Source: Antedon mediterranea (taxonomy: Eukaryota > Animalia > Echinodermata). Taken from it: a stretch of DNA of 64,000 nt. The stretch lies in the NCBI RefSeq assembly GCF_964355755.1, contig NC_092675.1:2165812-2229811 (forward strand), read 5' to 3'. Below, piece after piece: positions 1 to 12,447 of the stretch. A program made the position numbers and the translations under genes. Each line of letters starts with the position of its first letter. Position 1 is the stretch's first letter. The notes beneath the pieces are model-generated. The model was given only the letters and a program-made list of their open reading frames with translations. It was not told the origin of the DNA and did no database searches.

Positions 1-751
1 AGTGTTTGCTGTAACCAAATTCGAGACGAACTTGCTTATCTAATTAACTACTGCACTTGTTTTTGAGTTTCCTGCACTTGAATAGATGGGAAATCCCATG
101 TTGCAACTTATATTTTCCAGTCGGAAGTGAGATATGCCATGTAAAAAAATAAGATTCCAATTGTTCAGCAGGATAAGACCCAAGAGTGACCTGAAATTAA
201 AAATACAAAAATCTAGTGCACATTTCAGATTGGTTGAAGCAATATCCTTATAAGGATATGAGTATAAAGATACCAAACATTATTCTTTGTTCACGCGAAT
301 GTTACAAATGCATTTGGAATGCCAATACAACATACAATCAAAATAAAGGCCTAGATTTATGAAATCATAATATATAGTGCTAATGACAGGGTATAAACAG
401 CTGGGTTAAGATGACAACTTCCTCAACTGGGAGATGTTGACAAAGTTATGGTACACTTCATGTATGAATGATATAGGCCTAATCGCACATTGCATAAATA
501 TTGCTTTAACATCTACTTATTTACTGTGGTAGTAGTAACAGTCAATAAAAAATACTTTACACATTTTTCAAAACTTTTAGTAGAGCATAATATTGCACCA
601 AAGCATTCAATAAACCACTTTGCCATTTAATTACTGTATATTAAAACCAAACACAAAACATTTACTAGGAATTTAATAAATTCTTATATTTAAAATATCG
701 CATGTATCATGGTTAAATAAATAAAAATGTTATTTACTCAACAGTAACATA

Positions 752-1340
752 TAGTTTAGAATTCCATTGTTTAGGCCGTGACAAGAGTCATTGTTGGCAA
801 AGTAAAGAAAATGTAATGTTATTGTAAAATATTCTAAAATAACCATACTATCATGGAAAAAATACCCAAAATACACTCATCTGAGCATCGAGAATTAAGT
901 TATTTCTCGATGATCTGAGCAAGATGTTAAAAAAAAAACACAGACAATAAAAACAAACAGACTACGCCAACTATTTCCTGTAAATAATAAAGTAAAAATC
1001 AGGCATTAGGGCCTACGTACCAACTACCATAACTATGTGTTATTTATGATATACAATATTTACCAGTTCTCCAATATTAAACAATTTAATACAAATAAAA
1101 AAGAAACCTAGAAAACTGTAGAATTTATTGATGATTTATTATACTGTATCAAACGATATTTATCGGCATTTACCAATTTTTTTTGATGATATGGTTCAAA
1201 AGATCAGCATTCTAGAACTCACGCAACGATCAGGAGTGTTAATTGCCATGCCTATAAAGAACCTATTATTGAGTTACCAAAACATTCCTTCGCAACAATA
1301 ACTCTTGTCACGGCCTAAACAATTATGGAATTCTAAACTA
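752..1340. mobile_element. Non-autonomous TIR element (~590 bp, ~50-bp imperfect inverted repeats, flanked by TA)
   Basis: tagtttagaattccattgtttaggccgtgacaagagtcattgttg at 752 is the near-perfect reverse complement of caacaataactcttgtcacggcctaaacaattatggaattctaaacta ending at 1340; TA on both sides; no ORF inside. Confidence 0.65.
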
Positions 1341-4300
1341 TATTATGTTATTCGTTATTTATAAATGGATATAAATTATTTATTGATACAATGAAGTAGT
1401 TCCCACGACGGGAGTCGATCGTTTCCGAAGGTTAATTCCTATTCAAACGTCGGTTTAATGAACGGCTCAACAAGAATCGACAGGTAACAACAAGGCACAA
1501 AAGAATACGACTTTTTTTTTCAATACGTATGTAGCAATGGAATGTAAAGTTATTTAATTTCTATTTCGTCATTCAATAGTATTGTCAATCATTCAATTCG
1601 ATAGCTCGACGACAGGAAATGTAAATAATGTTTCTAAAGTTTTGTCACGCTATGGGGTAGGCCTACGGTTATTTTAGGGTTTCTTTAGGTATACTCTGGG
1701 GAAAATAAGTTACATTTTAAAAATAATTGTTAGGATGAATAAAATATTAAATTACCAATCAGTGATATGCATGTTACTACGACCCAGGCTGTATGCTACA
1801 CGTTAAAAGTATATAAAGCTAGTTCTAACAAAGTGTCAATGTTTTAATTAATCTATTCAACATGTATGCATGTAAACAATAAATTGGTTCAGCCTATACC
1901 TGACAGAACCAAACGGTGCCCAGGGGCCCAGCAATTGTTTCAGTGTGACAATTTCTTTCACACGCCATTGTAAGACAATGTAACATCATCTGTTACAAAC
2001 AAGGCTAATAAGCATGCATACTAAAAGAACTTAAGAAAGTATTTCTCAATGTAATTCTGTTCGTGGTCTTGATAATGCACAATTAGACGAACTTAGACAA
2101 TTAACGAATTAAGCGTTCGATTTGGTTTGCTTACATTGTTGGAAAGAGTGAGAAATTTACCAAACTGACTGCAGACTACCTATGCCAAGTTTCATTACAG
2201 ATTGAATAAAATGGAAATGTCCTTTTGAATGAAAAAAATGAAACGTCATTCACATGCGCATACATAAATAGACCTACATTTATTTCCTCAACAGGTCAAA
2301 TGAGAAACATGAGTACGTATTTTTTCATGTAGGTCTAATTGGTGTTACACATATACAAATGAAATAAATAAAAAAAAACAAGATTAATTGCCCATAAGAT
2401 AAGACAGAACAAATACACATGATGTTTGTTTTACATTCAATGAAGAAACTGAAAGGTCCGGATTCAAATATGAAGACACTAATAAAGCGATTAGACGTCC
2501 TCTAAAGTTTTAGGGCCTACTTATACGTCGTGGTACATGATACAACGTACAGTGATTCGAGCATTGCATTGAGATATGCCGACGATTCAAAATTTCCAGT
2601 TACATATTATTTATTGCTACCCTTACTAAAAACAATGTGCCTGTTCTACGACCCTTTTGGACAGCTTCACATGTGTTCTATAATGATGGTACACACATAA
2701 TAATAAAGGTATTTCAAAACAGATAGACCTTTTATTTGCTGTGAAAAATCTGGTTTAATAACTGAATTTGTAAAAATCTCACCTAAAATTCATTTAGTGA
2801 CAATCTTTGAAACTCAAGACGTCTGACATACCACTCTCAACTTCATTCTGCATTGTTCAAACTACTTATATCGATCAAACAGACGACCCTAAGGTACTTA
2901 CCCTACGACGAGCACTGCTAAATATATCCTAAGCACTAAAATACTGAATCTCATCTGTCACAAAAGTGTCACACGTTCACAAAATCCCAAACCGAAAACA
3001 GTGCATTGTGTGTATACTATCTCAGTAACAAATTATAACAAAAACACAAAGTGAAAACTAGGTATTGGACAAAGATACCCAGTAAAGCGTAAAATTCTAT
3101 TCAAGAGTCACTCGCTGATTGTGTAACAAGTTTTGTAGACTGTCAGACGAATAGCCGGCGTTCGCAATAAATTATTTTGTCGAATTTTTATATGGCTGGT
3201 CGTGAATTACACCAATTAAAATGCCATTAACAAAAAATATCTATATTTAATCACGGACGGAATTTCTGAATAGACGCTAATTTTGATTGCCTAAGTCTCA
3301 ATAAGGCATTGTATTGGTTAAAACATCGATTTTATTTACTAAAGAATTCGATACAATTGAACAAAAATATATGTCCTTATATGCTACAAACCAAGGCAAT
3401 GTATTCAACTACCTTGTGAAAACAAACATCTTATGTTTTTTCTAAAAATGGCCATTTACAAATTTCAACATCATGCAGACAAAACCATCACTATTTTTTG
3501 GTGTGGGGTGCGAGGGTTGGGGGACGATAAAATGAAGATACTATTAAGTTTTATGTCTCAAATAGATTGATAATCGATCGAATTCTACTATAGGTCTACC
3601 GGTATCGAATTGAGCGAGATCTAGTGTCGTTTTAAAAGCCAAGTCTGTCACACGGGGACCCAGAACAATTATTTTAGTACAGAGTTTAAACATGTCTAGC
3701 CATAATTTTGGAACTGTATTTGGTCCACAAAAAGAAAATACATAACTCTATTTTTGCGTAATTTATTTTGTTCTTGTGGTATTGCTAGGACATGGAATTC
3801 CTATAATTGTAACAGATCGAGTGATCATTATTTTAACATAAATACTGCAGTGCAGTATTTATCGAGATAACTACAATTTATCAATAATTACAATAGTACA
3901 TCTTTCAAATGAGAGGCAAATCTGTCCAGTCTGTCCTCTGTGTTAACATTTGCCACCATGGCTATCAAACAGTAATTTTTCCAGAAAAAGGCATATTGGT
4001 GTACAACACCATCGTCTCATCACAATTGGATGGAAAAGAATTTGTTGGGTGTATGTTTTCGAAACTTTAAAATACTTATTTCTTTTAAATCAGAAATGTT
4101 AAAATAAAATTGAATAGCAAGGGAAGCTATTGATATATTATTTACCAGCACCAAATTAAATGTCCTAAATAAACAAGGTACTTCCTAACACAGCAAGGTT
4201 TTGCACAATTTGAATGTATAATCTAAATATGAATAACTTTCAGCATTGCAATATGTGATGCAACATACATTTAAAGGTATATTGTCCCCCTGAACATATC

Positions 4301-4564
4301 CCATTTAATGTCACATAATAGTTATTAACTTTGACATTAAAAAAACAGTAAAAGGAAAATTAAAAAAAATCACTAAATGTGCTTAAAATAAGATAAATAT
4401 TATACTATTACCATATACATAATTAGCTTATTTTTATATATCTTCAGTTTTTTTCCATTCTGGCAATTTCAGTTAATTGGATTCTTTGCATTGCTTGAAG
4501 CAATGCACGGTGTTCATCTTAATTATATTAAACTATTATTATTTCCTATAACAAGTCTTTATCT

Positions 4565-7500
4565 TCAATGCACTTTTTTCTTGCTGCCAAATCTTTTTTG
4601 TCTCTGTCTCCACATATGTGACATCATCATAGGTGAAGCTGAAAAAAGGTGTTTAAATGTCACTATTTTAACATACAAAAAACAACATAAATTAAGCTCT
4701 GTTTACACTATCATTTAGTTTGAAATAAAAAGCCCAAATATGTCAGTGATATGACATCATCATGTCCATATATGGGCACATCACATTTTTAGACAGAGCT
4801 TAAAACAACTTGCCATCAACAGCAGACAAAAAGGTCAAAACAAAACATGAACAAAATCACTATACATACAAAAACAGAAATAGCTAAAACAAGTACTAAA
4901 ACTACAAAAAGATGTTACAAAACCTATACCTGATAAAATGCCTACAATCCAGATATAAAGAAATGTTGTCATGTCAAACGATACATTCCACGCATTTGGC
5001 AATTCTAAGTTATACTTTTTTGAGGCTTCATAAAATGGAATAGCTGTCCACAAGGATAAAACTGAAAGAAAGAAACAACAAACAAATGAAAGCACTCAGA
5101 AACTGAGTGAAGTACTTGACAAAATATTGCCACAGAGGGCGCATGTCAATATTTCGGCACATGTTAAAAGAATACAAATTTTGCTTTTTTTTTATTTGTG
5201 AAGTTTATTATTAATGAACTGATTTTCTTGAATTTCAATAGGCATGTTCTGTAAGTATACCTATTTACACCGAAAAATTAAGAATGATAACTTAAAAATT
5301 GTAGGCTCTATCGTGCTAAAAAACAAACAAAGCAGGTACTATAAATGGCAAAATTCTATTTTGCCAAGTAATCAGGGGAGAGAGAGAGCGAGATATGGTG
5401 TAATTGTAAAGTTTATCGGAATAGCATATGAGAGTCATGGGTTCAAGACCTGTCTGGGCCATATTGCTTGCACTCTATAATAATGTATTATTAATGCCTA
5501 AAACCTGCAAAATTAAGTGCTGAACTGGATGTCCTATCTTTTGCATTGTAAATTTATAAATTTAGTAAGTTCATGGAATCCATCTATTATGATGATTAAG
5601 AACTAAAACCAATGACTCTGTAGATTGTGTGTTTCCATTGAAATTATGTAATTATCGAATATTTGTTTTCAAATACATAATATTATGACCTCATCCCAAC
5701 GATTATCCAAGTCTTACTTTCAAAAAGAAATCCTGCTGGATAAAGTGGTATCCATATTGTATAGCGAAGCCATGATATTATCATACTCTCTTGGCCAATA
5801 CTACATAGCATATAAAATGGGTATCTACAATAGAAATAATAACACATTAATCAATCAAACAAAAGACTGTACAATCAATATGCACTATAGCAGTTGTTTT
5901 AACCCATATATACAAATTATACTGAAGGTTCAGGATTATTTTCTAAAATTTAAAAACAAAATGTAATTCTGTAATTTCTTCTTATGAAGATAATAAAATA
6001 TGTCGTATGTGGAAACAATCTGTTTCTGTGATAAAATAATTACTGGTTCTTTCTCTGATAATATAATTACTGGTTCTTTCTGTGATAATCCCTATTGCAG
6101 CTCAAACAAAGCTATACTATTTCACTTAACTCAATAAATATTCAAGTATTTCCCTTAAATTGTATTAACTTAGTAAGGATTTTTTAAGGTTAGGTGCTTC
6201 CCTTAGCTTAAGTGTAAATACGGCCACATTCCAGGTGTAATATCAACGGGGGATGTATTTGAATGTGTAATAATATGTAAAGATAGAGAAAGGGACAAAA
6301 TATGGAAAAGATACAAAATTATACCTATAAACATTATAGCATTAGACTGAATAGAATGTTCCAATTGTGTGGTAAAAATAAATAAAATCAACATAAATTA
6401 CCTCACAAGCTCAATTGAACTCCAAATTAGGAACAAGTAGCACAAGACAGGTTCTCCCACCATCCTGTCTTCACCGCGAATTACGACAAATAATACCATA
6501 TTCCTGCCAGTAAACTTAAAAAAACAAATTATAATCATTAATTCATACAGTATACCTTCTATAAAGCTCTGTTTGACAAAAAAAGTGTTATGTGCCCAAA
6601 TATGGTAGTGATATGACATCATCATGTCCATATATGGGTACATCACATTTTTTTGTTTCATAGCTAGCTTCTTTTCATAAGGCGAATTTACTTGATTTGC
6701 TTCTGTTGAAGGAAAGAGTGCATAATGTATGTTACAACAGTGTTTGTGTACCTGTATTAATGGTGCCATTGCTCCCGTTTTTACAATTCCCAAAAGTGGA
6801 TTGATAACTTCAAGAACGGCAAACACTTGACACACACTCAATGGTAAAATAATCTTACTGTAAGCTTGTCTCATACCTTAAATAAAATACAATTAAGTAA
6901 AAATAAATTAAGTATGAAAAAAGTCTGGGTGACAGTCTATATTTTGTGGCATTACTACTGATTTTGTCATACTCCCAACTTGGATTATAAAACATTGGTA
7001 GATTTTATGAAAACATTTCCAAACTATAGAGGGAGCTATAACATTTTGAAAAATATACCAAACAATAGAGGGCACTAAATATATCTCAAGACAGAGCCAT
7101 ATTATATGAAAGAGTTCTGACATTGAATGGATTAGAAGCCATTTTTGTGTCCAACTATTCCTATGTAGAATAGTTGAGTTGAGTCCTTAAAACTATCGAA
7201 TTTAATATCAAAACAATCAATTTGTTTAAAGCTTTTTGTTAAAATAATAATAAAATTATAAATGTAATGCTAACCACATGCTTTGTATACAATAATGTAA
7301 CAACAAAAACTACTATACCTTGTCCTTTAATAACAAAGTTGACAGTTAAATAGATGAAGATGTAAGAGTAACCAATAAATTGTAGGAAATTGTACACACA
7401 CAGATACATCTTCTTTAAATCTGTATAGGCTAAAAAGATAAAGAAAAAGTAGGTTACTTGCACAATACTCAGATGACTGACCTATTTACTGTAGACTGTG

Positions 7501-10067
7501 GGAGATGGGGTTTTACTCAAGCTCTGTCTACATTATTAGTGATATGCCTGAATATGGTAGTAATGTGCCCAAATATGGTAGTGATATGCCCAAATATGGT
7601 AGTGATGTGCCCAAATATGGTAGTAATGTGTCCGAATATGGTAGTGATGTAACATCATCATGGGCACATCACATTTTCGTGTCACATAAAATTTGATAGT
7701 GTAGACAGAGCATAAGAATACATAGATTTATAATTAAAGAACAAAATTGACAATAAAAACCATACCTTCAGCCTCACTTTCAGTTAGTTGTTTCTGTATC
7801 TGTTTCAATTGTTCCTCTTCAAACTCAGCCTGTAATGAGAATTGTCTAATAATGTAATATACACTTTGCAGTTCACACTCTTAATTCTATACTTTATACA
7901 CATTTGCCTATATGTGTATTGTTTTATTAAATGTGCAATGCCCTTCTTAAACAATCACAGAATCGTACAGTGTACAACTCCTGAAGTCTGAACTAGGAAA
8001 AAATTTGCCAACTCCTACATTACTTTCGTTACGAAAACTCACAAGAGAACAGTACATCACTTACGATTACAAAAGTCAATGATTTTCTTTCAACCAATCA
8101 AATTCACTCTTCTTGCATCCTTTCAAAATCCAGTTTGATCAATGTCACAAAGCAAATTATAATGTGAGCTTGCTTTACGATACGGAAGAATAACTACAAA
8201 TACCTGAACCCTAATATAACTTCAATTTAAAAAAACTTAAAGCTCTGTCATGCATTAAGCTGTCTACACTATCAAACTAGTTCGGCAAAAAATTGCGATG
8301 TGCCCAAATATGTTAGTGATATGTCCAAATATGGTAGTGATATGACATCATCATGTCCATATATGGGCACATTGTGTTTGTATATTTGCATATTAACCTT
8401 TCTTCTTAACTCTTCATCTTCTGAATCATCATCTACTGTCAATTTATCAAAGTCTATCTTCAACCAAGGTTGTTTTTCTTCTGACAAAGTCAGCCTTGTC
8501 CATTCTTCGCTTGGTCCATCTTTCATTAAAACAAAATTTACTTCACGATCTGTTATTCGGAAAGCACTTCCCTGTTTGATTAAATACATATATTATAAAA
8601 AAAAATGTTTTTAAAACATTTTTTCACATTTAATGACAGGTTAAACTTATTTAGCAAAATTTCTCCACTAAGTGAAACATTTATTTACATGGATGCATTT
8701 TACCAACAAACATATTTAATTCTAAGTTTGTAAGATCTCTTTAGATTCATTGCTTACCCATTTTTCTTTTGTATACATTGTAAATATTATGTATCAAAAT
8801 GTAAACCAACCAAATTTTATTTGTATTTTTGTTAACATTGTATTGTATCGTAAATATTAGTTATTGAACAATATACTGTTCTGGATTTTACATATTCATT
8901 TTAACTTTAAAAAAAATATATATATATATCTTACCTCTGGGTCAACAGACTTATAAAAATTTAAAGTAAATTGGTAAGAATTTAATCCAGCTGCACCAAC
9001 ACCAATCACTGTAAGAAAACAATAACAAATATGTAATTTAATGTTCCTGTAGTAGATGTACTTAAGATTAAATAATAACAAATATACAATGTAGATTCAA
9101 GATTGGCATTAAATAGAAAGGTTGATATCCTTAATAGCAATTCTTACCTTTAAATGTAAGGCTTTCTTTAGTAAGGTCAATTTCTGGGTCCTACAATAAA
9201 TCAAAAAATGTATTATAAAAAATAAATTTTCAATCAACAAATAGTTAAGTAGTAGATAAGCCTCTAGTTTAATATTTCTATATACCTGTATAAATTTACG
9301 TAAGGGCAAAATTTGGTAAATCGCGCGCTATTTCTAGAATGTTTACTCGATGGTATATAAAGTTGTTTAGAATCTCGGTACTGTTTTAACAACCTGATGT
9401 AACCCTGTTTACTAATTAAATTTAGTTTGATAATTAGTTATTGACAATTAAAACGAATTTAGGTTCAACAATTTTCCCCAAATAGGGGTGTTTTCCAATC
9501 GTGGTATACACTGTCTAATGGATGTCCTCATGAAAAATACCTGCACACAATAATACAAGGATACTTCGCATTTTCCTATCTCCTCCTACTCCTACGATAA
9601 TTGTTTTTAATAGCTGAAAACCGGTTGAACAACTCGAGTACACTACAACAGACAGTATCATAATGTTGAAGACAGGTCGATTTTCTTTAAAAAATACTGA
9701 TGGATGGGTGGATGGGTGGAAATGAATTCCGTTTATATTGTTATTATTCAACATTAATAATAATACAAACAGTAAATGTAATATAGAGCCTTGATAACCT
9801 AGGCCTAAAAGTAGCGTTGTATGAACACTCGTGCAGCGGGATAAAGTCGCATCTTCATGCACCTTCCATCAGACTCATCACCTTTTGGCTTGGCCTAGAA
9901 TAATGTTTTACAATATAAAACATAGCATTTCATAATAAAAGAAACCTATGAATATATATTATACTAATAATTAAATCTTAAACCTTAACATCTTTTAAAT
10001 CGACTCGTAATGTGACTGTTTCTGCCTTTTGTGCCCAAAATACAACTGGATGCAACGGGGCCGCCAT
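4565..10067 (-). CDS. HACD3: Very-long-chain (3R)-3-hydroxyacyl-CoA dehydratase 3 (PTPLAD1): N-terminal CS/p23 domain plus PTPLA domain
   Basis: Eleven phase-consistent GT-AG exons: 9984-10067, 9148-9190, 8935-9008, 8398-8571, 7766-7829, 7319-7429, 6752-6876, 6402-6514, 5718-5824, 4930-5061, 4565-4638. Translation: MAAPLHPVVFWAQ..., WTRLT...PWLKIDFDK, YLCVYNFLQFIGY, IELVRYPFYML, WLRYTIWIPLYPAGFLFE (catalytic Tyr/Glu region), C-terminal dilysine ER-retrieval signal KKKVH. Confidence 0.93.
4695..4800. mobile_element. MITE family B copy (TIR AGCTCTGTCTACACTATCAAA), last HACD3 intron
   Basis: agctctgtttacactatca...gatatgacatcatcatgtccatatatgggcacatcacat...agacagagct; same internal core as the other family B copies. 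Confidence 0.75.
5387..5476 (+). mobile_element. Degenerate tRNA-derived SINE head
   Basis: A-box-like tggtgtaattg and B-box-like gggttcaagacc followed by ccatattgcttg; a related copy lies at ~53449-53535. Confidence 0.4.
6565..6669. mobile_element. MITE family B copy (degenerate), HACD3 intron
   Basis: agctctgt...gtgcccaaatatggtagtgatatgacatcatcatgtccatatatggg core. Confidence 0.7.
7520..7712. mobile_element. MITE family B copy with an internal 5x21-bp tandem expansion
   Basis: TIRs agctctgtctacatta / tttgatagtgtagacagagc; 7539-7643 is five copies of gtgatgtgcccaaatatggta. Confidence 0.8.
8241..8372. mobile_element. MITE family B partial copy, HACD3 intron
   Basis: Interrupted left TIR (agctctgtca...tgtctacactatcaaact) plus core; no right TIR. 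Confidence 0.7.
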
Positions 10068-10479
10068 TGTTAGAGTGGTTGTTACTAAAACAGTAAAAAT
10101 ATAATTGTTGACGGTACCAGCAAGAGTTGATCGTCTAGCATTTGTACATAGGGCCTAGGCCTACACCGATTACTTTCTGAAATATTAATATCGTATAAAT
10201 AAATATTTTTATTAAAGTAAAGAAAAAGAAATTATTGAAACTAATTTTTACAATAAATGACTGTTTAATAAAAATACAGTTTTATAAAATAACATTGTTA
10301 GACCACAAAATTCAAGACGGCATATTTTACTCAATGCTCATAATAATTTAGCAAACGCCCCCTAACGAGCAGCCATTATGTTATGGTGACCTCTCCTCTA
10401 AAACAGTTAGCAAAATGTCTTAAATTAAACATGAAAAAGAAGTATTTTGAGAAGTTATTATGACAAATTTTATAATAAA
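10068..10479. promoter_or_regulatory. Putative bidirectional promoter HACD3/FEM1B
   Basis: Divergent ATGs (10067 -, 10480 +) separated by 412 bp; contains gggcctaggcctac at ~10150. Confidence 0.6.
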
Positions 10480-12447
10480 ATGGTTCAGATTGGAAAGAAA
10501 GTGTTCAATGCTGCAAGAAGTGGTAAGCCAATTACGCTAGCCGCCCTTTTATATGGAAAACATGAGGACGAAGTGTCGCAAATTTTATCGGAAGTGCATC
10601 AGTATGGCCAGCAAAAGTGCACAGCCTTGGTAATAGCAGCGCTACATGGACATGCAAATGTAGTTAAATTGATTCTGGACCAGTACCATGTGAACATAGA
10701 ACAAACAGGTACTGTCCAATTTTGTGGATTTGTAATTGAGGGAGCTACAGCTCTGTGGACAGCTTCGGGAGCAGGACGATATGAAGTTGTCACCATGTTG
10801 GTAGAACGAGGGGCAGATGTCAATCATGCAACTGGCACCAATTCAACACCTCTCAGAGCAGCTTGCTTCGATGGTCGCCTTGATATAGTAAAATACCTTG
10901 TTGAACATGATGCGGATATTCACAAACCAAATAAATATAACAACACGTGCCTGATGATCGCTTGCTATCGAGGACATCTCAACGTGGCATCGTACTTACT
11001 TCAGCACAATGCAGATGCATCCGCAGTTGCACACTGCGGAGCCACTGCTCTACACTTCACTGCCGAAACAGGTCATTTAGAAATCATTAAGGAATTAGTC
11101 AAGTTTAACGCAAAGATGTCCATTAACGACCACGGGATGACACCGCTGATGGTAGCGTGCGAAAACAACCAAGCAGAAGTGGCCGAGTATATAATGACGT
11201 TACATTCATGTACTAAAGAAGAACGTATCGCCGCTTTAGAGTTACTCGGCGCTTCGTACGCAAACGATAAGGATAATTACGATATTTCTAAAACGTATCA
11301 CTATTTATACTTGGCCCTGCTAGAAAGGACAAGTGATCCAAATAAAGTAATTCTGAAAGCTGTCCAGGAACCTATAACTGCTTATGGCAACCAGACAGAA
11401 GCGCAGACATTGGAAGAACTTATGCTACTTAAATACGACGCTGATAAGTTACACATGGAAGCACTCATTGTGCGAGAAAGGATATTGGGTCAGCAATGTC
11501 CAGAATTAATACACCCTATTGTCTACCGAGGAGCAGTTGCTGCGGACAATATGCACTTTAGCATGTGCATTTCACTATGGAAACACGCCCTCAACATAAG
11601 ACAAGGCTTAAATCGATCTACGTATAAAGATTTATTACGATTTGCACAGGTTTTTTCCCAAATGTTACATATCGATATGGAAGTAAAGTTTACTGAGCTC
11701 TACACTATTTTAAAGTCGGCCGTTTGTGAAATCGAATCCTCGAAAGTTAAATTACAAAAATGTCCCGATAAATTTCACCGCGCTATTTACGATTCCTGCA
11801 TCCACACATATCTGTACCTTTTAGCATGCGTCACGCATAAATCTGTAGAAAAAACTGAAGAACAAGATGTTCTATATAAAAAAGAAGTGTATCGCTTCTT
11901 AAGACTTTGTCCTCGTACTGAAGATGGCTCAACACCTTTGCACCTTGTTGTAAATTATCTCACCCCAGTTGATGATTTCCATACAAACTATATTTGTAAG
12001 ATTCCCAGTAAAAATCTAACTTCACTGCTACTTCAGTGTGGGGCTGACCCGAATTCTATCGACAAAGACGGCAACACACCGTTGCACCATATTGTTAAGT
12101 ATAACAAACCAATCAGTGACTTTATAACTTTGCATGCAATAATCCTACTCCTGAGGGATGCTGACTGCCACATTGATCAAGTGAATTGTAAGGGTGACAC
12201 AGCACTGGAGACATCCACCACAGGAGTGGCTGAAATCATTTTGAAAGCAGAGACCAAGCCTGATTTAAAGTGCGCGGCTGCTAGAGTAATTTGTAAACAC
12301 AATATACCTTATAAGGGTGCAGTACCTCTGAGCCTAGAACGGTTTATTGAACTACATAAAGGTAGACAGAGTACTCAAACAGTTAAGACAATTGAATATA
12401 AACATGAACTACTTTACTACACACCCACCAATATTAATGATGGTTAA
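10480..12447 (+). CDS. FEM1B: Protein fem-1 homolog B, ankyrin-repeat substrate receptor of a CUL2 E3 ligase (intronless CDS, 655 aa)
   Basis: First ATG of ORF 10447-12447 is at 10480. Ankyrin repeats (GATALWTASGAG, NSTPLRAACFDGRLDIVKYLVE, AHCGATALHF), ALELLGASYANDKDNYDISKTYHYL, KDLLRFAQVFSQM, TPVDDFHTN, KPISDFITLHAII and VHL-box-like LKCAAARVI all match FEM1B as I recall it. Confidence 0.95.
   Translation: MVQIGKKVFNAARSGKPITLAALLYGKHEDEVSQILSEVHQYGQQKCTALVIAALHGHANVVKLILDQYHVNIEQTGTVQFCGFVIEGATALWTASGAGRYEVVTMLVERGADVNHATGTNSTPLRAACFDGRLDIVKYLVEHDADIHKPNKYNNTCLMIACYRGHLNVASYLLQHNADASAVAHCGATALHFTAETGHLEIIKELVKFNAKMSINDHGMTPLMVACENNQAEVAEYIMTLHSCTKEERIAALELLGASYANDKDNYDISKTYHYLYLALLERTSDPNKVILKAVQEPITAYGNQTEAQTLEELMLLKYDADKLHMEALIVRERILGQQCPELIHPIVYRGAVAADNMHFSMCISLWKHALNIRQGLNRSTYKDLLRFAQVFSQMLHIDMEVKFTELYTILKSAVCEIESSKVKLQKCPDKFHRAIYDSCIHTYLYLLACVTHKSVEKTEEQDVLYKKEVYRFLRLCPRTEDGSTPLHLVVNYLTPVDDFHTNYICKIPSKNLTSLLLQCGADPNSIDKDGNTPLHHIVKYNKPISDFITLHAIILLLRDADCHIDQVNCKGDTALETSTTGVAEIILKAETKPDLKCAAARVICKHNIPYKGAVPLSLERFIELHKGRQSTQTVKTIEYKHELLYYTPTNINDG

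Noticed and set aside
1538-1552. tggaatgtaaag, matching the first 12 nt of miR-1
   Set aside because: The match stops there and no complementary hairpin arm is evident.
4271-4300. ttaaagg... possible Kolobok-type transposon end
   Set aside because: No matching opposite terminus found.
6026-6088. ~29-bp tandem duplication in a HACD3 intron
   Set aside because: Ordinary local slippage with no further structure.
7458-7696. Repetitive ORFs (MVVMCPN)n and (PKYGSD)n
   Set aside because: They are translations of the 21-bp tandem inside a family B MITE in a HACD3 intron.
10599-10827. Antisense ORFs within FEM1B (likewise 16989-17450, 19576-19818, 26140-26673, 57891-58127)
   Set aside because: Shadow frames of real exons, with no independent motifs.
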